Notes: generated from the sequence alone by a model not told the origin. A stretch of 62,327 nucleotides of DNA, filler included, from Choristocarpus tenellus KU-1152 (GCA_964200185.2; 11 parts of 11 records of this genome joined end to end with filler, not necessarily neighbours in it), one strand, 5' to 3'. Counted from the whole stretch's first letter, positions 1 to 13,845 are shown. Numbers and translations: made by a program.

Positions 1-3
1 GAT

Positions 4-702
4 ATGCCTGAAGCAGCAATTAACCACATCACAGAGGGTCAGCAGGGTACCACCATTGGCCCTGACAATGCGACCAAGATCAGGGAGGCGTTGGCATATG
101 CTCCTCAGGCCCGGGCATGGTGGAGGAGAGGATGGATTATTATGATGAGGGCCAGGATTCTGGCAAAGAGGAAAATAATGGGCCAGGGGAGGGCAGCAGA
201 TTTTGTGAAGGTAGGAACAAGGCAAGGGGGGCTGAGCTCAGGAGTTCCGCAAAAAGGTGAACGGGGGTGTGTGGAGGTAGAGGTGGGTGTATGTGCTGGA
301 CCTGGGACTGCGATGGTGCCAACTACTGTGTTGGGAAAGAGGGCAGAGTCAGAGAGGGAGACAGGGGCTGGGTCTGGGTTAGGGGGTGCTTGCCTTGGAG
401 ATGCAGTGGTGAGGAGCGAGGGTGGTGTCCGTGGTGGAGAAGAGGAATGTAAAGGTTACATGTGTGTTGGGGAGGGTGTTGACAGCAGGGATAGAGGGAG
501 ATGCCTGAGTCTCAGAGGAGGGGCGGTTGTTGTGGGAACAGGGGGAGGAGAGGCGTTGGTGTGTGCAGAGGTGGGGTTGGGAATGGTTGATGTACTGTAT
601 GATAAGGAACATGAGGTGAAGAATGCCTTCAAGGGAACAGTGGAGAAGCTGATGGTACTGACTGAGGAGGGTGCATTCCGTAATATCGTTTCATTCTTGT
701 GA
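4..702 (+). CDS. C-terminal part of a brown-algal-type ankyrin-repeat family protein (5' end outside window)
   Basis: 232-aa ORF with 'ARAWWRRGWIIMMRAR' and terminal 'EEGAFRNIVSFL', resembling the recurrent C-terminus of Ectocarpus-type ankyrin-repeat proteins (from memory). No ankyrin repeats lie inside the window. Confidence 0.5.
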   Translation: MPEAAINHITEGQQGTTIGPDNATKIREALAYAPQARAWWRRGWIIMMRARILAKRKIMGQGRAADFVKVGTRQGGLSSGVPQKGERGCVEVEVGVCAGPGTAMVPTTVLGKRAESERETGAGSGLGGACLGDAVVRSEGGVRGGEEECKGYMCVGEGVDSRDRGRCLSLRGGAVVVGTGGGEALVCAEVGLGMVDVLYDKEHEVKNAFKGTVEKLMVLTEEGAFRNIVSFL

Positions 703-2639
703 AGTGACACTCGTAGCATTCTATGGTAGTGGGGAGGGGGTATGTGGTAAGTGAACTTGAACTGCTGTAGTAGGAAGAGTGTTGCTGCACAATGTGAAAT
801 TATTTTTTCTAGTTATCTGAGAAAGTTTATGTATGTGATACAGAGAGGAACTGCTGGCCATCTTATTCCTATCTTTTATTATTTTCTTCCTGGCACATTT
901 TTTATGCTATGGCCCCTCTGTGTGATTGATATTCTCATGTTCCTTGTCTAAGGTGGTTACTGCTCTGGGATGAGGTTTGTAGTTGGGAGGATAAGGTTTT
1001 TGGGGATGGCTTGTTTGTTGTTGACGTGCTAGTTTGCTGTATTGCTGCTGGTTCACCCCGGCTGACCTTGTTGAGTGACTGCCTTGTTTGCTGGGTGGGT
1101 CCCATACTGGCTCATACAGTACTGACTGGCATGCTGGGCCCTGAGTGCTTGGTGTATCAAATTCCCTAGGCTTCATTCACCGTGTTGTGTGCCCCAGGAA
1201 ACATCCCCAGTTTCTACACAGCGCTATGCATTAACAACACATCACTATTTCTCCTTATGATGCCAAGGATATTTTCTTATCCAACTAAAACCAAGGTATT
1301 TCCCCTGCTAAGCCTTACCTCGCTATACTCAAGTGCTTTTTTTTGTTTCTGAATGTGAGATTGTGTACAGGTGGAAAATGGGGGGACTAGGGGAAAACTG
1401 ATTGTGTTTCCCCCAGGATAGCCTTGACTGTTTCGATATCGCAGATAAAAAGTGGGTTTACTTACAGAAGATCCACACCGATGATGTAAATACAGAAGTC
1501 TGGCCTAGGATACCTAAAAACGAACAGGATGAACCCAGGTTATGTGCAGCTCCATGTCTTCCTTCACAACAACAGCTGAATTAAGGTGGATGCTTGGGAG
1601 GTTGGCAAGAAAGGCAACAGAAAGGATACCACCTGAAGACTGAATAAATAGCAACAATGTGTAACCACAAACACTTACAAATATACAAAAGAACTCTCAG
1701 ACATATCATAAATGTGTATTCTAGTAGTGAGGAAAAGGAGGGTGGAAATGAAGAGTACCTCCCGAGCATTTTGGTTTTGGAATAGCCTGTCACCCCCCCA
1801 GGAGCCTTGCTTATGGTGCTGCATGGTACTTGGCCACACGAAGCACGCCTTGCCCTGTGTGCTTTGTGCACAGTTCGAATATCAACTACATATTTTTTTT
1901 GGGCCATTTGAGTTTTACGCATAAATTCTCTCAATTCACAACACTACAAAATGCCATGCCTTTACAAAGCATGTACCTTATGAGGGTACCTCTCCGAATT
2001 CATTAATGAAAATGAAACAATTGGTTTGACCAGATAGAAGTGGGTTAACAACACAAAGACAGACATAAACGCTTAGGTATGGGGTGAGAGGAGAGGAAGA
2101 CTGAAGCCCAAGGGAGGTATTGTGGTTTTGGTTCGGACATCAATGAGTGATGGGTGTTGAACCCACCACTTTATTGAGCCATTGAAACCTTGACTCCTCT
2201 CATGTTTATGTTGGTGATTGAGTGATGAACGAACCTTTTTGTGATACAGTATGCCATATTTTGAAACACTTCAGTCGTCAGTTGATAGAGCTCTAGGGTT
2301 AAATGTTCGATTTTTTGGGGTCCCTATAACTACGTGTCTAACAAGTACATTTAAAAAACGAAAACAGTGTTCCATCCCATCCTTGAACACTGGTCCATGT
2401 GGTATTAAAATTAATCGCTCCATTCCTCAATACTACCGACGAGTAAACGCCGTAAAAATAAAAAATATTGAAAAAAAAGAAATGGAAGCAAAAAGAGGAG
2501 GCCTTAGCACTGGTGGTGGTTGTTATGTACATGTGTAGCTGGTGGATGTGTAGGACTTACCTGATGTTCTGATCTGTAATTTTGAGAGAGTATATGCCCC
2601 TCCAACAACTGTTTGTGGTCTTTGATGCTGGAGGTGAAA

Positions 2640-3330
2640 CTGTTTAGTTGTTTCTTAGGGGGACTTGATTACTTGGTCTCAATATTCCCAACTGTTGAGA
2701 ATATGTACTCTGAGTCGCTTGCTGTGTACCATGAATACCCAAAATACGACAGGCAATTGTTGCCAGGTTCAGAAATTTCGAGCTCCTTCGTCGCCATCAT
2801 TTGAGTGGGTTGTTGTATGGTACACTATCCATATCAATAATGGGGACCCCTCCTACTCCAACCTTGAAGGTATCAACCTCTACTTGTGTTGCTTCCTCCA
2901 TGTGGTCCTTGACTGTGTGTGTGTTCCAATATCCCACCACCAACAGCTGAGCTCTCTCCACAGATTGCAGGTGAAGCTCTTACAAACCCCTTTTGTCATT
3001 TATGGGACGGGTACTCCACTCATGATTGACAGTACGTCGACATGAGTTGGTTCCACCACTGGACTATTCTCTGCCCCCTGTTGTCTGTGCTCATCCTCCG
3101 CAATGCCTAGAAACTCCAACTCCCTCTGTCAACAAACGTCTTCATCATGGCCGTACTCTGGAATCCCGTAAGGATTTTAGTTGTGGGGTCCAAATAAGTA
3201 GCCATTACCTGCTCCCACTTCAACCCTATGGGCTTCCTTTTCTCACAATCAGAGTAATGGGCACTATTCCAGTACCAACGAAGTTTACAAAATCAAATAA
3301 CATCGCACTTACTTGCACACTGGTGTGAAA
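2640..3330 (-). mobile_element. Decayed hAT transposase (C-terminal and dimerisation region)
   Basis: Minus-strand translation gives VMATYLDPTTK (ATxLDPRxK motif), NPLK*WRRRSSKFLNLATIACRILGI and, after a frameshift, SDSEYIFSTVGNIETK (SERxFSxAG motif). Contains stops and a frameshift. Confidence 0.7.
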
Positions 3331-3378
3331 CAGTTTTTGCTTCCACCTGTTGAGGGGTGGTGACTTTGAAGGCGCTAC

Positions 3379-3718
3379 TGTTACAAAGTGCTCTGCAAGT
3401 GACCTCCAAGACACAAAATGCTCCGCAAGCTTACCATGATGGGATATGCAGCTCCAATCCGTGAGGCTGTATGCGAGCCATGAAGCTCGTGCAAGTCTCC
3501 ATAATGTAAATGTCGCCAAGTATGCTGGATCTCTCACTTCGATTATTCATGTATCATCAGGTTATATAAATAGGACTGACCAACGATGTACCACCTCAAA
3601 GGGGATTCACATTGACTAAATATTAAATATAGTCAACAAGTACAAATAGAGATCACCTAGGACTTCAAGGTCATAATGACATTTACAAAACCGCCATTAG
3701 GAAATATCGCCTCTAACA
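3379..3718 (+). mobile_element. Repeat family D (~340 bp, TGT...ACA ends, solo-LTR-like)
   Basis: Homologous to 27163-27814 (rc), 41385-41715 and 43497-43846; shared core 'ctccgcaagcttatcatgatgggatat...ctaggacttcaaggtc'. Flanks CTAC/CCAC. Confidence 0.65.
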
Positions 3719-4462
3719 CCACAGGCTTGCACTACTTTCTCCAACTCCAATCATACACCATAAAGGACAATGGGGACAATCAGAGATGCTGTTACGCACA
3801 TGGCGTGAAGGAAGAAGGAATGGGATATGTTTGAAAGGGACTGCCACGAAAGACGTTGCATGCAGTCTTTGTCAACAGATTTAACAGGCGATAAACGACT
3901 TCTACACTTCATTTTTCTCTTAAGTATAGCCCACCTCATGTAGGAGTAGAAGTGATGAACACAGGGATGTTGTGAAATATTGTATAGAGGTAATTAGTAT
4001 TACTGTAGGTGAGGAATACAAACACAGCAGAAACACTTCTCTCTAAACGATAAAGTTTTTGTTTACCAATTGGTAACTGTGTACTCTGACTCCACTTTCA
4101 CTTTGCCACAAGCGCTCAGTAGAGTTGAGAGAGTCTATCTGAACACTTCTAACCTAGAAGCGCTTCCGATTCCCGCTTTACTCTGGAATGCATTCCAATT
4201 CCAACTGTTTGCCTCCCACTGAAATATTGACATACGTTGTTACCATCGATGTTCTCTTGAAGAACTATGGCGGGCTTGAGATACTGGAAGTGGTTCGCCA
4301 TGGAATATTATGTAAGTGGATTGATCACCAACAAGTCAGTATACATCCTGCATTTCCTTCTTCGGCTCAATACTCCACATTTTGCACATCTCCTTCAAGT
4401 GTTCCTTTTCTTAGCTGGACTTTGAATAGTTACCAAGGTTTCGTGTAATCTATTACCCATTC

Positions 4463-4677
4463 GATTCAAAGTATCTAAAAGGGTAGAGCCGCGTCCGTTT
4501 GGGGGCGAAAATCCAAATGTTGCGATTTGTATAATTTTGACCACCATGTTTGTTAGGAAGTGTCATATTCCTGACACACCTTTTCATAACGTATACATCT
4601 TACCTACTCCAAAATGTTTCGGAGTAGGTAAAATGTCACAAAAAACCCGTGGGAAGCCAAGCCCCAAACGGACAAAT
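4463..4677 (+). mobile_element. MITE family A copy, interrupted by a family B element
   Basis: Matches the family A consensus (gagtcaaagtatcttagagggtag...) up to 'ggacaaa', then switches to family B. Confidence 0.85.
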
Positions 4678-4854
4678 GACCCAAAGTATCTGGGGGGGGG
4701 GGGCTACACCAGGGTACCCATTTGGACCAAAATAAGGAAAAGTGCATTTTTATTATCCATTAGGCATATGCAACCAAATCACCCAAAAATTGTGACATGA
4801 AAAAATTGACCCCATATGGACAACCGCCACCCCCCCCCCCCAGTACTTTGAGCC
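4678..4854 (-). mobile_element. MITE family B (~177 bp; TIR GGCTCAAAGTATCT plus G-run)
   Basis: Ends gacccaaagtatctggggg / ccccagtactttgagcc. Partial copies at 14802-14871, 33668-33711 and 37240-37399. Confidence 0.8.
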
Positions 4855-4954
4855 NNNNNNNNNNNNNNNNNNNNNNNNNNNNNNNNNNNNNNNNNNNNTT
4901 AATTAATTAANNNNNNNNNNNNNNNNNNNNNNNNNNNNNNNNNNNNNNNNNNNN
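4855..4954. other. Assembly gap with six-frame-stop linker (also at 14872, 19471, 24715, 30410, 33568, 37400, 47641, 54267, 57860)
   Basis: N44-TTAATTAATTAA-N44, identical at all ten sites. Confidence 0.98.
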
Positions 4955-5442
4955 GTGGGGAGGGGGGGGAAGGGGCGTTCACACCTACAGTCTACTCTGC
5001 TGATGAGAACATGGAAGGACGTAAGTCAAACAATATGAAGCTATTGGCCAACAAGTACACATCTCTAGTCACACACACAGCAAACACACCTCTCCTGCCT
5101 AAATTGACGTACACACTCAAAGAAGTTAAGCTTCCACAACCCTCCTCCCTACTCCTGACATCCTCCCAATTCACCGAGCATACACTGTACCCACTTCCGA
5201 CCAGTTCCCTTTGCCACATCTAACTGTAACGAGTTGGTGTGTGGAGGTAGTGAGGTTTCACACAAGTGAAACGAGTCCATGCCAAATAGACTTCGCACTA
5301 AAGATTCAGTTGAAACACATTTGGAATCTTGCAATCAGAAGGCGAGACGACTGGGACAAATGTATGCAAGTACAAGAAGGGGAGGGGGAGTGGGGCGGAC
5401 AATCAAATCTCAGAACTAGTCGTATGACCCTAATCGCATCAC

Positions 5443-8400
5443 CTCACTGCCCTCTTGGGTTTCCATGATGGGAGGCGTCTCCATCTTGTTCAGGTAACTG
5501 GCGCCATTGAAGTTGGGGTTCTGGATAGTGACCTTTAGAGAGTAACCGCCGGACACGGGAAGGTTCATTGCAGACATACACGAAAGGGTTAGAACATTGA
5601 CGGTAAAGGGTGTTGGTGTGCACTGGGATGCACACAGCATTAGATAAAAAAGGATATTAAAAGGCAGGCAATGGGGTTCAAGGTGGACACTGCATCATGT
5701 CTGCACAGTGCACACATACAGAGACGGTCACATGATGGGTCAGTAGCATCGACAGGTCTTTGCACTTACACAACCTTTGCACCAAGCCTCTACCCTCCTC
5801 TTAACAAATTAATCCCCTGTGCCTCCACTGTTGGATGCAGGTAAAACTTGATTAACCGTTAAGCCTGAATCAGATCCTTGTCCACAATGGGCAAACAAAA
5901 AGCAAAGTACATGCATGATAAAGGCAAAACACTACAGAACATCATTCCATTTCCAGACATGTAACTGACATCATCGTTAGTTTGTCCTTCAGTGCCACCA
6001 ACCCTCAAATACACACTTAAATACAGAACTGTCTACCTTGTTGATGTCTGAGCAGCTGAAGTAGCTGTGAAGGGCGGCCTGGAACTTCATGGGCATACTC
6101 CCAGTGTTCTTGACGGTGAGCATTGTGGTAAGCTTATCTTGAGCAAGGGTAACCTAAGAGTACCGCAAGGGAGAGGAGAGACCCGTAGGAAGAACACTGC
6201 AGTGAGTTGACCAAAAACAAGCACAACAATTTCTCGTAACCTCCACAGCAAAACCGAAGATTCAGATTGCATCGAAGGGACAAACCGCACCATGCAAGAG
6301 GACAGTCTTGAATTGCAATGAAATCTCTGTGGCCTTAGTTGATGTGTCGTCCCTGTGTCCTTCCCATTCTATAGCAACCTTGTAAACAATGAATCCCCCC
6401 CAAAAAAGTATCAAGACAATATGAAACGAGATTGGAGGGTAAGGGGGAAAAGACGGCCTTACCTTGTATAGGGCCTCAAAGGGATGAGGCCACATGGCCA
6501 TGGTCTCCTCATTGTCCACCAGCTTCAAGGTCACCGTGGGGGCATCCCCACCAGCGCCATCAACCAGGTCCCACTGCATGTTGCGGGCAAAGCCATGCTG
6601 CGGAAGGTAGGTGAAATATCAATGAGGGCCGCAAGGCCCACAAAATATAGTCTGTCAGTGGTATGTGAGAATAGCATAAGGAGGCAGGTGCACACTGCTG
6701 TATTGGAGATGGGCATAAAATATATTCCGAGTATCAGTCAGTTCTTCATCATCACACCTCCTTCCTTTTCCACCCCCTTTTTAACTATGAACCTCTCTTC
6801 CAGGGATTTACATCGGATCACGTTAATGTGAAAAGGACAGGCTGGGGGACAGCCACAGGGACATGCTCAAAAAAGGGGCAAGTCCATGTCTATCAGAGAT
6901 TTCAACAGGGCCAGAAAGCAATTATAAACTGGCATGATCTATTATAGCAACGCTGATCCAGGACCCTCACATATATCAACCACAGCATGCTGGCCCTGTC
7001 AAAAGAATCGTCATATCACACCAGCCTGGCGAGCACTCTTTTACTCTTAGTATCGTGGTAGGAATATGGCCATGTCTAAAAACATGTTACTTCACATGTA
7101 TTCAGCTAAAAGTGCTTTGGACTGGCCACCCCAGTTTCCAATGCGCTGTAACCAGGATCATAACATTTGAACTGGACTGAACCAGGGTACACCACCGATC
7201 CTGTCAGTCAACCCAGTGAACTCCCTACCTGGTAAAGAGTAACGAAAAGGGAACCTTCAGATAACACAAAAACACGGCAACACCTTCATGATTGATTCCC
7301 CCTCAGAAAAAACATCCCTCTCTGAAATAAAAAAGGATTAAAAACTTGGGCCCCCATGCTTCCAGACTAAAAAACGGTTTGTATTCTCTGTCCCATATGT
7401 TGTGCAAAAAGGTAGTTTAGTAATTGTAATTTCGTGTTCTCCCTAACATTCTATAAACGGCATAAAAATAAATTTCTGCACCTGAAGAACGCAAGATTTT
7501 CCTGGTCTGTACACACCGCTTTCCCCCTCCACAAAATACTAGAGTGCATACAGGTTGAAAAGGATACTAAGCGAAACAGTGATGGAAGCAGCAATGCAGT
7601 GGTAACCTGCTCTCGTTCTTGCATGTCAGATGAACCGGAGCTCACAAAAAGGTTTTTGTCTTAACCGGTATATTACTATTAGCTTGGTTCTATACATACA
7701 ATAGTGCAACGGAAGTTGATCCAGGGAAATGTTGTCATCTGCCAATAATGAGGACACCTAGGCGGGTGGTGAAGAGGAGGTACAGTGCTGTTTTCCTTGT
7801 CCTCGTTCGCGTCTAACATGCTGGTTCTAAGCATACACAACGTGCCATGGGACCAAAAATAACGTCCTTAAGTGCTCGAACAGGAAGCCGCCAGAAATTG
7901 GGTGGGACTCCATGTCTGATTGTGGTCGACCTCGACGTATTGTGGTAGGCACCAGAAATATATCAATCACCCTATGGCATAGTTAACTTATGGACAATGT
8001 TAGAGAATTTCGCACCTGCTGAATCTCCCCGGGACCAAACTGAGGGAAGCAGTGGGGCATGCCACCAGAGATTGGCTTGGAGCCGTCCATCTTCGCGTCT
8101 GGACGTATAAAAAGGTAATCGTGACCCCCCACCTGCAATCAAGTCGTATGTCAAAGAATGCATCAAGATTACGTGCTGTTAAGAGCGAAACCTGATTATA
8201 GGCAGTCTCGCCGATCTCACAAAATACAAAAAAGATTGGGTTCATTACATGACTGAGGACCATAGAGAAATGAGTGCTCCGTCGTCCTTACCTTATAGCT
8301 CGTGACGCACGCGCCAAATGGGTGTATTTCTGCCACACTATCCCCGGTGTTTAGAATAATTTTCTTCAAGGGCGAGTCCACATCAAGGTCGACGCCCACC

Positions 8401-8747
8401 AGCTTGAAGTCCACGCCAATCAACTCACCTGGTCAGTAACGAGCAGCAACCAAGGGTTGGGGAAACGCAGTATCACAGGAGTTAGGGGACACAGTGTGAA
8501 GGGTGAGAACGGAGTGGGGCAGGGCACTCGCAGTAGCAGCATATTTCCTTTTTACATGTGGAAATGTGATGCATGATCATGTTGGAATTGAAGGTGCACA
8601 CTCACCGAACACCATCTTGAGGGCACTGTGGGCAGGACTAGCCCGCCTGGTGGAAGCAAGGCCTGGGATAGGCGTCGCGATATGGAACGAGCATGCTCCG
8701 GTGACCAAGGCCAGGAGCCCGACGATAGAGGTGGCTGTGGAGTGCAT
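5443..8747 (-). CDS. Plastid-targeted aldose-1-epimerase family protein (glucose-6-phosphate 1-epimerase-like); 3' exons not identified
   Basis: Phase-consistent GT-AG exons 8747-8606, 8428-8292, 8132-8016, 6597-6463, 6153-6037, 5532-5443. They encode EIHPFGACVTSYK, KPISGGMPHCFPQFGP, HGFARNMQW and FQAALHSYF. N-terminal signal peptide ending ACS-F, followed by a transit peptide. Confidence 0.92.
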
Positions 8748-10309
8748 CGTCAAATATAGTCTTTTATGAGGAATGGGATCGTTGAGAGATGGGTTCATGA
8801 CCTTGACATACTCAACACGCCTTCCTTGTCATACCAAATGTTACTAGTCACAAAAAACCACATGAATCTTTTATAGTAGTTACTATATTGAGTGAGTGCC
8901 TAACACCTACCCCTTAAATAGGCTGTCCTTTTGCAAGTAAATGCGATGGTGCTATTATCCAGGTTGTCCTATATCGACGTAGGTAGTCAGCATAAGGCCA
9001 GGTGAATTTTGTTTCGTTGGCCAGTTGGCACTCAGTCGTGGAGTGCTTACACATCTTGCACAGTCAGAGTATGGATCTCACGTAGGGGAAGCACATAGTA
9101 ACAGTCCGGTCCACCCTGATTGGCCGATTGTTGCAGCTAGGTCATCCTAAGGGATTCAATATATACGAGGCCGGGAATTTACTACTACAGGTCCCATCAT
9201 TTTGGATTGGGTGGTATCTTGACACAAGAGCTGTTAGGGTAGCCATGAGAGATCCTGCAAACGCACTTTGCGGATGGTGGAAATGACAGGCCTAAACGCA
9301 TCACTTGTGGGCAACTGAGACTGGATCCAGACGTGCTCTCCGGAAGAGAGAAAGTTGGAGGAACTACTTCCCCTTCAATAATCCTTGTCAACTCTCCAGA
9401 TAATGCCTACCCTCTATGATCTGCTCAGGGGTCAGGATGAGGGTTTTCTGACTATGGCACAACAGACTTATCGTGTGGGATTGACACGTACAGTATGGCC
9501 AAATTGACCTGTTATAGAAAGATCACTAGCAAGCGAGTGAGGCTGTTTGCTGTTCTTTATATCCTTAAAGTTTTCGGCGAAGATTCGCAAATGAGAGTGG
9601 TTGGGAGGTGAGGCCGGGGTGAGGTGGCAGGTAAGGGAGTGTGAAAAACAGAGTAGACATGTACACCCACTTGGTGAAGGATGCGACACCCGCAGCAAAG
9701 GGAGTGTTGCAATTTTCTATTGTTAGCTTTAAATGTCACGTTGCCCCATTAGCCTTCAATTTCTTTATAGCAAAAAGGGACTTCACCGGAACAATGGGCA
9801 ACCTGCCCAGAATAATATGATGCATCTTTGGAGTAGTAGGGGAGTGAGGTGGGTTGAAATGTAACGATCAGTAGAATGGCTTTGAATTAGATAGTGTTAT
9901 TGACTCATCCAGTGACGTAATAAATGTACCTCAGTGCACAGAAGCTATGAATGGTTGTGAAATAGTTCGCTGGGGTCGCAATGGACCCTATTTGAACTGC
10001 TACCCATGGTCAGGGGAGAGTTATTTATCCATGCTCGCAAGGTTGTGATCTGCACTTGAGCCAGGAATGCTTGGGGTGAACAGGTAGAAAAGTGAGGGTG
10101 GGTAAATAAATTCCCAGCCAGAGATAGTAAGATGGGATGTGGGAGGATTTTAGGGGAGAGAAGAGGTGGGGAGAGAAGAGGTTATTCCTTCTAGTAGTGA
10201 AACAAGTACGCGAAAGCCACTGAAATGTGAAAACTGGGAAAGCGTTTCTGGGGTGTCGAGCTTGGTCTTTGTTTAGAAAGTCTTTCAACAGCGACCTCAC
10301 ATATATTAT

Positions 10310-10431
10310 GACCCAAACCAATTGAGAGGTAGGCAGGTTTGGACCCTTTTACATTCCTAAGTCATCATTCTTACCCTGTGCAATGCACTCTATTTCAATT
10401 ACTTTATGTGCACACTTGGCAACATATGATA
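10310..10431 (+). mobile_element. MITE family C, truncated copy
   Basis: gacccaaaccaattgagaggtaggcagg... matches the 5' half of 26492-26748. Confidence 0.7.
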
Positions 10432-13400
10432 TGATTTTCCTCAACAGACTATTGGAAAATCCATACGGAGTGGTACATGGTGTCGATTTTCGTACATGCT
10501 GTTTTCCTTAGAGTCAACAACAATAGTAAGCACTCTTGATGGAAGGGCTCCAATAACACAGTATGGAGAGGAACAATATCAAGACAGCTGAATTCTTCTT
10601 GTAAAGTCTCCTCCAAAAGAAAGTGGATATTGATCGTCCCTCCTCCTTTCTCCCTTTCATGCAACACCATGAGTGGTAAGCGATATAATTTGCACTCTTG
10701 ACGGAGAACCACTGCTATTACTGTGCTACGACATTCTCTGTGAGCATATCTCTGTCCTTGAATATTATTACATTTGAGCTCTATCGAAGGTGTAAGCACA
10801 CTTGCAGAGGTTAGGACAAAGAACGAAACAAGAAATACTTGTGCAAGGAAGTAAGTGAAGATTTGCTGCATCTCACTAGGCCCTGAAACCGTGCAGTTTT
10901 AATATAAACATGTAATTCTACACCTTCCCACTTTGACCCTTATCCCTCAGCTATGATAACACAGTAGTGCTCTGTAGAATGAAGATATGTTTACCAACTC
11001 TCTGGGTAAGAAATTCCATCTCAACACATCGCATGGAAGGCTTCCTTCTCATTCAGTATATACCGTTCTAGGCACGGTGGATGTGTGCTCTGGTAGATGT
11101 TCATTTTGGAAAAGCAGTTCCTCCAGCATAGATGAGGTGGAATTCTTGTCGCAGGATGCCAGGAAATGGTTGAGTTCCATCGGTCGTGCTGGAGGGATAA
11201 CTGCATTATAGCATGATACAACATAACCAGCGAGAAAGAGGCAATAGACCTGGTCAGGCAATATACGTTGTTGCTTTTTCGTATGCTCATAAGAGGGTTG
11301 AATCCAGGAACAATCTACAAGAGGGAAGAGACTAGACTCAAGCTATGTGACTTGTAGGGATGGAGAAGCGGTTTAGGTTACTGTGATGAGAAGAGGGATC
11401 GAGTAGAGTGAGTCTCCCACCAATTCTTCTATAAACTACTCAACAGCACATGCAATCTTGTTCTTTACGGCAGTTAGGAGAGTTTACTACGAACTTAAGA
11501 AGGTTTATGGAACTTCAAACTTGATATCTCCCACCAAATTTGGGTCTGCCCTGCTGGAATTGTGGAGGACAGAATCAACAGGGAGTGCAAAGAGTGTACT
11601 GTGACCACAGTTGGACCACACTGCGAAGTCTACCATGTAGGCTAGAGTACTGTTGAGGTATCTTTGCCAATTCACGATGAAGAGGTGAGGAGGGAAATTT
11701 AATACCTCTGACTCCTTGAAACGTACTACGCGGTATATTAGTAAGTTGCAGTAAACACATTTTGTACTCCACGGGGAAAATCATTGCTATGTGGTAATTT
11801 TTTTACCTCACTATCAATGAACATTACTTTTCTGTTTTTCAAGTACTGCGGAGTACTACGTGACCCGAAGCAGCGACTTGTGGTGATTAGAGTTGCTCTG
11901 TAGCACAAATGTAGCACACCAATGCGCATACCACTCAAAGGAGGGCTGTATTTTACTTGTACACCAATTTGCATTATGTAACTCTGAACCACGTCATCAA
12001 CGTTTATTGGAAATCTAGTGCTTCATGGTAACATCTCATCTATTCGATATACGCTTCAAAATATTGAACATATCGGTCATGCATGCCTAGAAACTAAATT
12101 CCTTAATTATACCCTACGCCATTGCCCATAATGGTATCAAACCAATGATTGAATAGTCTTGAATCTTTGATATGTAAATCAAGATGCGGTATTGTCATAT
12201 ATATATATTTATGTACCACACATAATTGCTATTTTGCAAGCACAGGTAATACTTATGAATTGTTGCAAAGTGATGTCCTCAGTAGTGTTGAAGTTTCAAA
12301 GCATTTTCGATCCTGCCTTTCGGTACTCCAATGCACCATGTGTGATCAAGCTCATGGCACGAATTCTCAAATAGCATCTTGCTGTCAACTTGTTGGAGGA
12401 GGAAGGGGAGTGACTATACTGTTGTACTTCATATGTAACTTCTCTGTTCAATTAGAACGACCTATTATGACAAAAACAATCTTATATTGTTCCAGTTCAG
12501 AAGAGTGTTGCTCTTCACAGGGCAAATATTTGATCTTCCTGTCCTGCACAGCGATTTCCTTGCATCCAATCAGATTCCTACACTTACATTTCCTCCTGTC
12601 ATAGACCTTTTCTCAAAGCAAAACAACTGAACGTTATTGGGGGGGCACTGTAGGGATTGCTGTACCTCTTGGAAATTGTGATGAACTCAAGAAGAGTCTT
12701 GGGTTCAAACCAGTGGAATACCAGGATACGGTCTGTCACTATTTGTGTGAGAGGCCGTGCGTTCTTCCCCCTGTCCATGTCCCACGCCTGTACCGACCTT
12801 GATCCCCAGCCCAATCCCCGCCAGTACTGGGGTTTCCCCTCAGCATTTATGGGCCTAATAATCTCCTCAATATTTGCTTTCTGCCCAGAGGAGGTACTGA
12901 CTGCTTGGAACCCCTGACCCGAGCACTGCATTGCTAGAAGGCAGTCAACAACTGCCCTTCTCCTCCAAAGGAACTCACTCCCTCTCGACAGGGAAAGGTG
13001 GAGGAGACAGTAGTGTTGGTTGGTACTGAAAAGGATGGATACTGAGTCACGCCCAAGTTGGTGGACACATCAACTGCAGTAGCAAAAGAGGGACGTCTAG
13101 ATGTGTGGGCAAAGTCCGTTTGACTCACTAAAGCATTACGAGGGATCTACCCTGCAATATCTGCTACCCTCTAGGCAGAGCCCTATTACTTAATATTTAT
13201 TATTGATGGTATTGGTACATATTATTTTGTACCAAATTTCAGATGGAAACTGCAATGACACTGAGCAAACGGAAGGTTAGCTCACCACAGGTGAAGCAGG
13301 TGCAAAGAACAGTCTAAAACAACTTTGAAAAAAAATACAATGCGGAAACTATTCCTGTAACATTTGTGGTAGCAGAATTGGTTAGGGCTGATTTTCTGTA

Positions 13401-13845
13401 GGGCAGGAAATTTCCAGGAATACCATGGTCAAGTCAAACAGTAACAAGTAGAGAAAGAGAAAGAGGGAGGTAAATTCTGAAACAAACATATACAATTATC
13501 AATACCCCATGAATATAAAAAGATGAGTTATGAAGCACACAGCTCTATTCTCTGTTCTCTAACAACATAACATAAAAATATGTAAGTGGACAACAAATTT
13601 GACTGAATTTACTTGTGATCACACATACAGTACGGAGGAAATGAGAATATTCCCTCCACCCTCTAGAGCACAAAGTCTACCTTAGGAGAAAAAGTTTTTT
13701 CAGGGAACAGTTGCGGAGCTGGACCTAAGGGTGTGAAGAAAATATTTTGTGCGCTGTGAGTTAGTGTGTTGAGATCTCCACCTCGTTGGGTCAGTCTTAA
13801 CAAACGTCACAGCAATCGGGAATTGTGTACAACATCCTCCATTGG

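Noticed and set aside
4537-4800. Recurring small ORFs (e.g. PTPKCFGVGK at 4537, 13797, 26861, 40998)
   Set aside because: Chance translations of MITE A, not a protein family.
4992-5334. Candidate terminal exons of the epimerase
   Set aside because: Neither frame gives the expected DxVY/WNP/FVCVE motifs.
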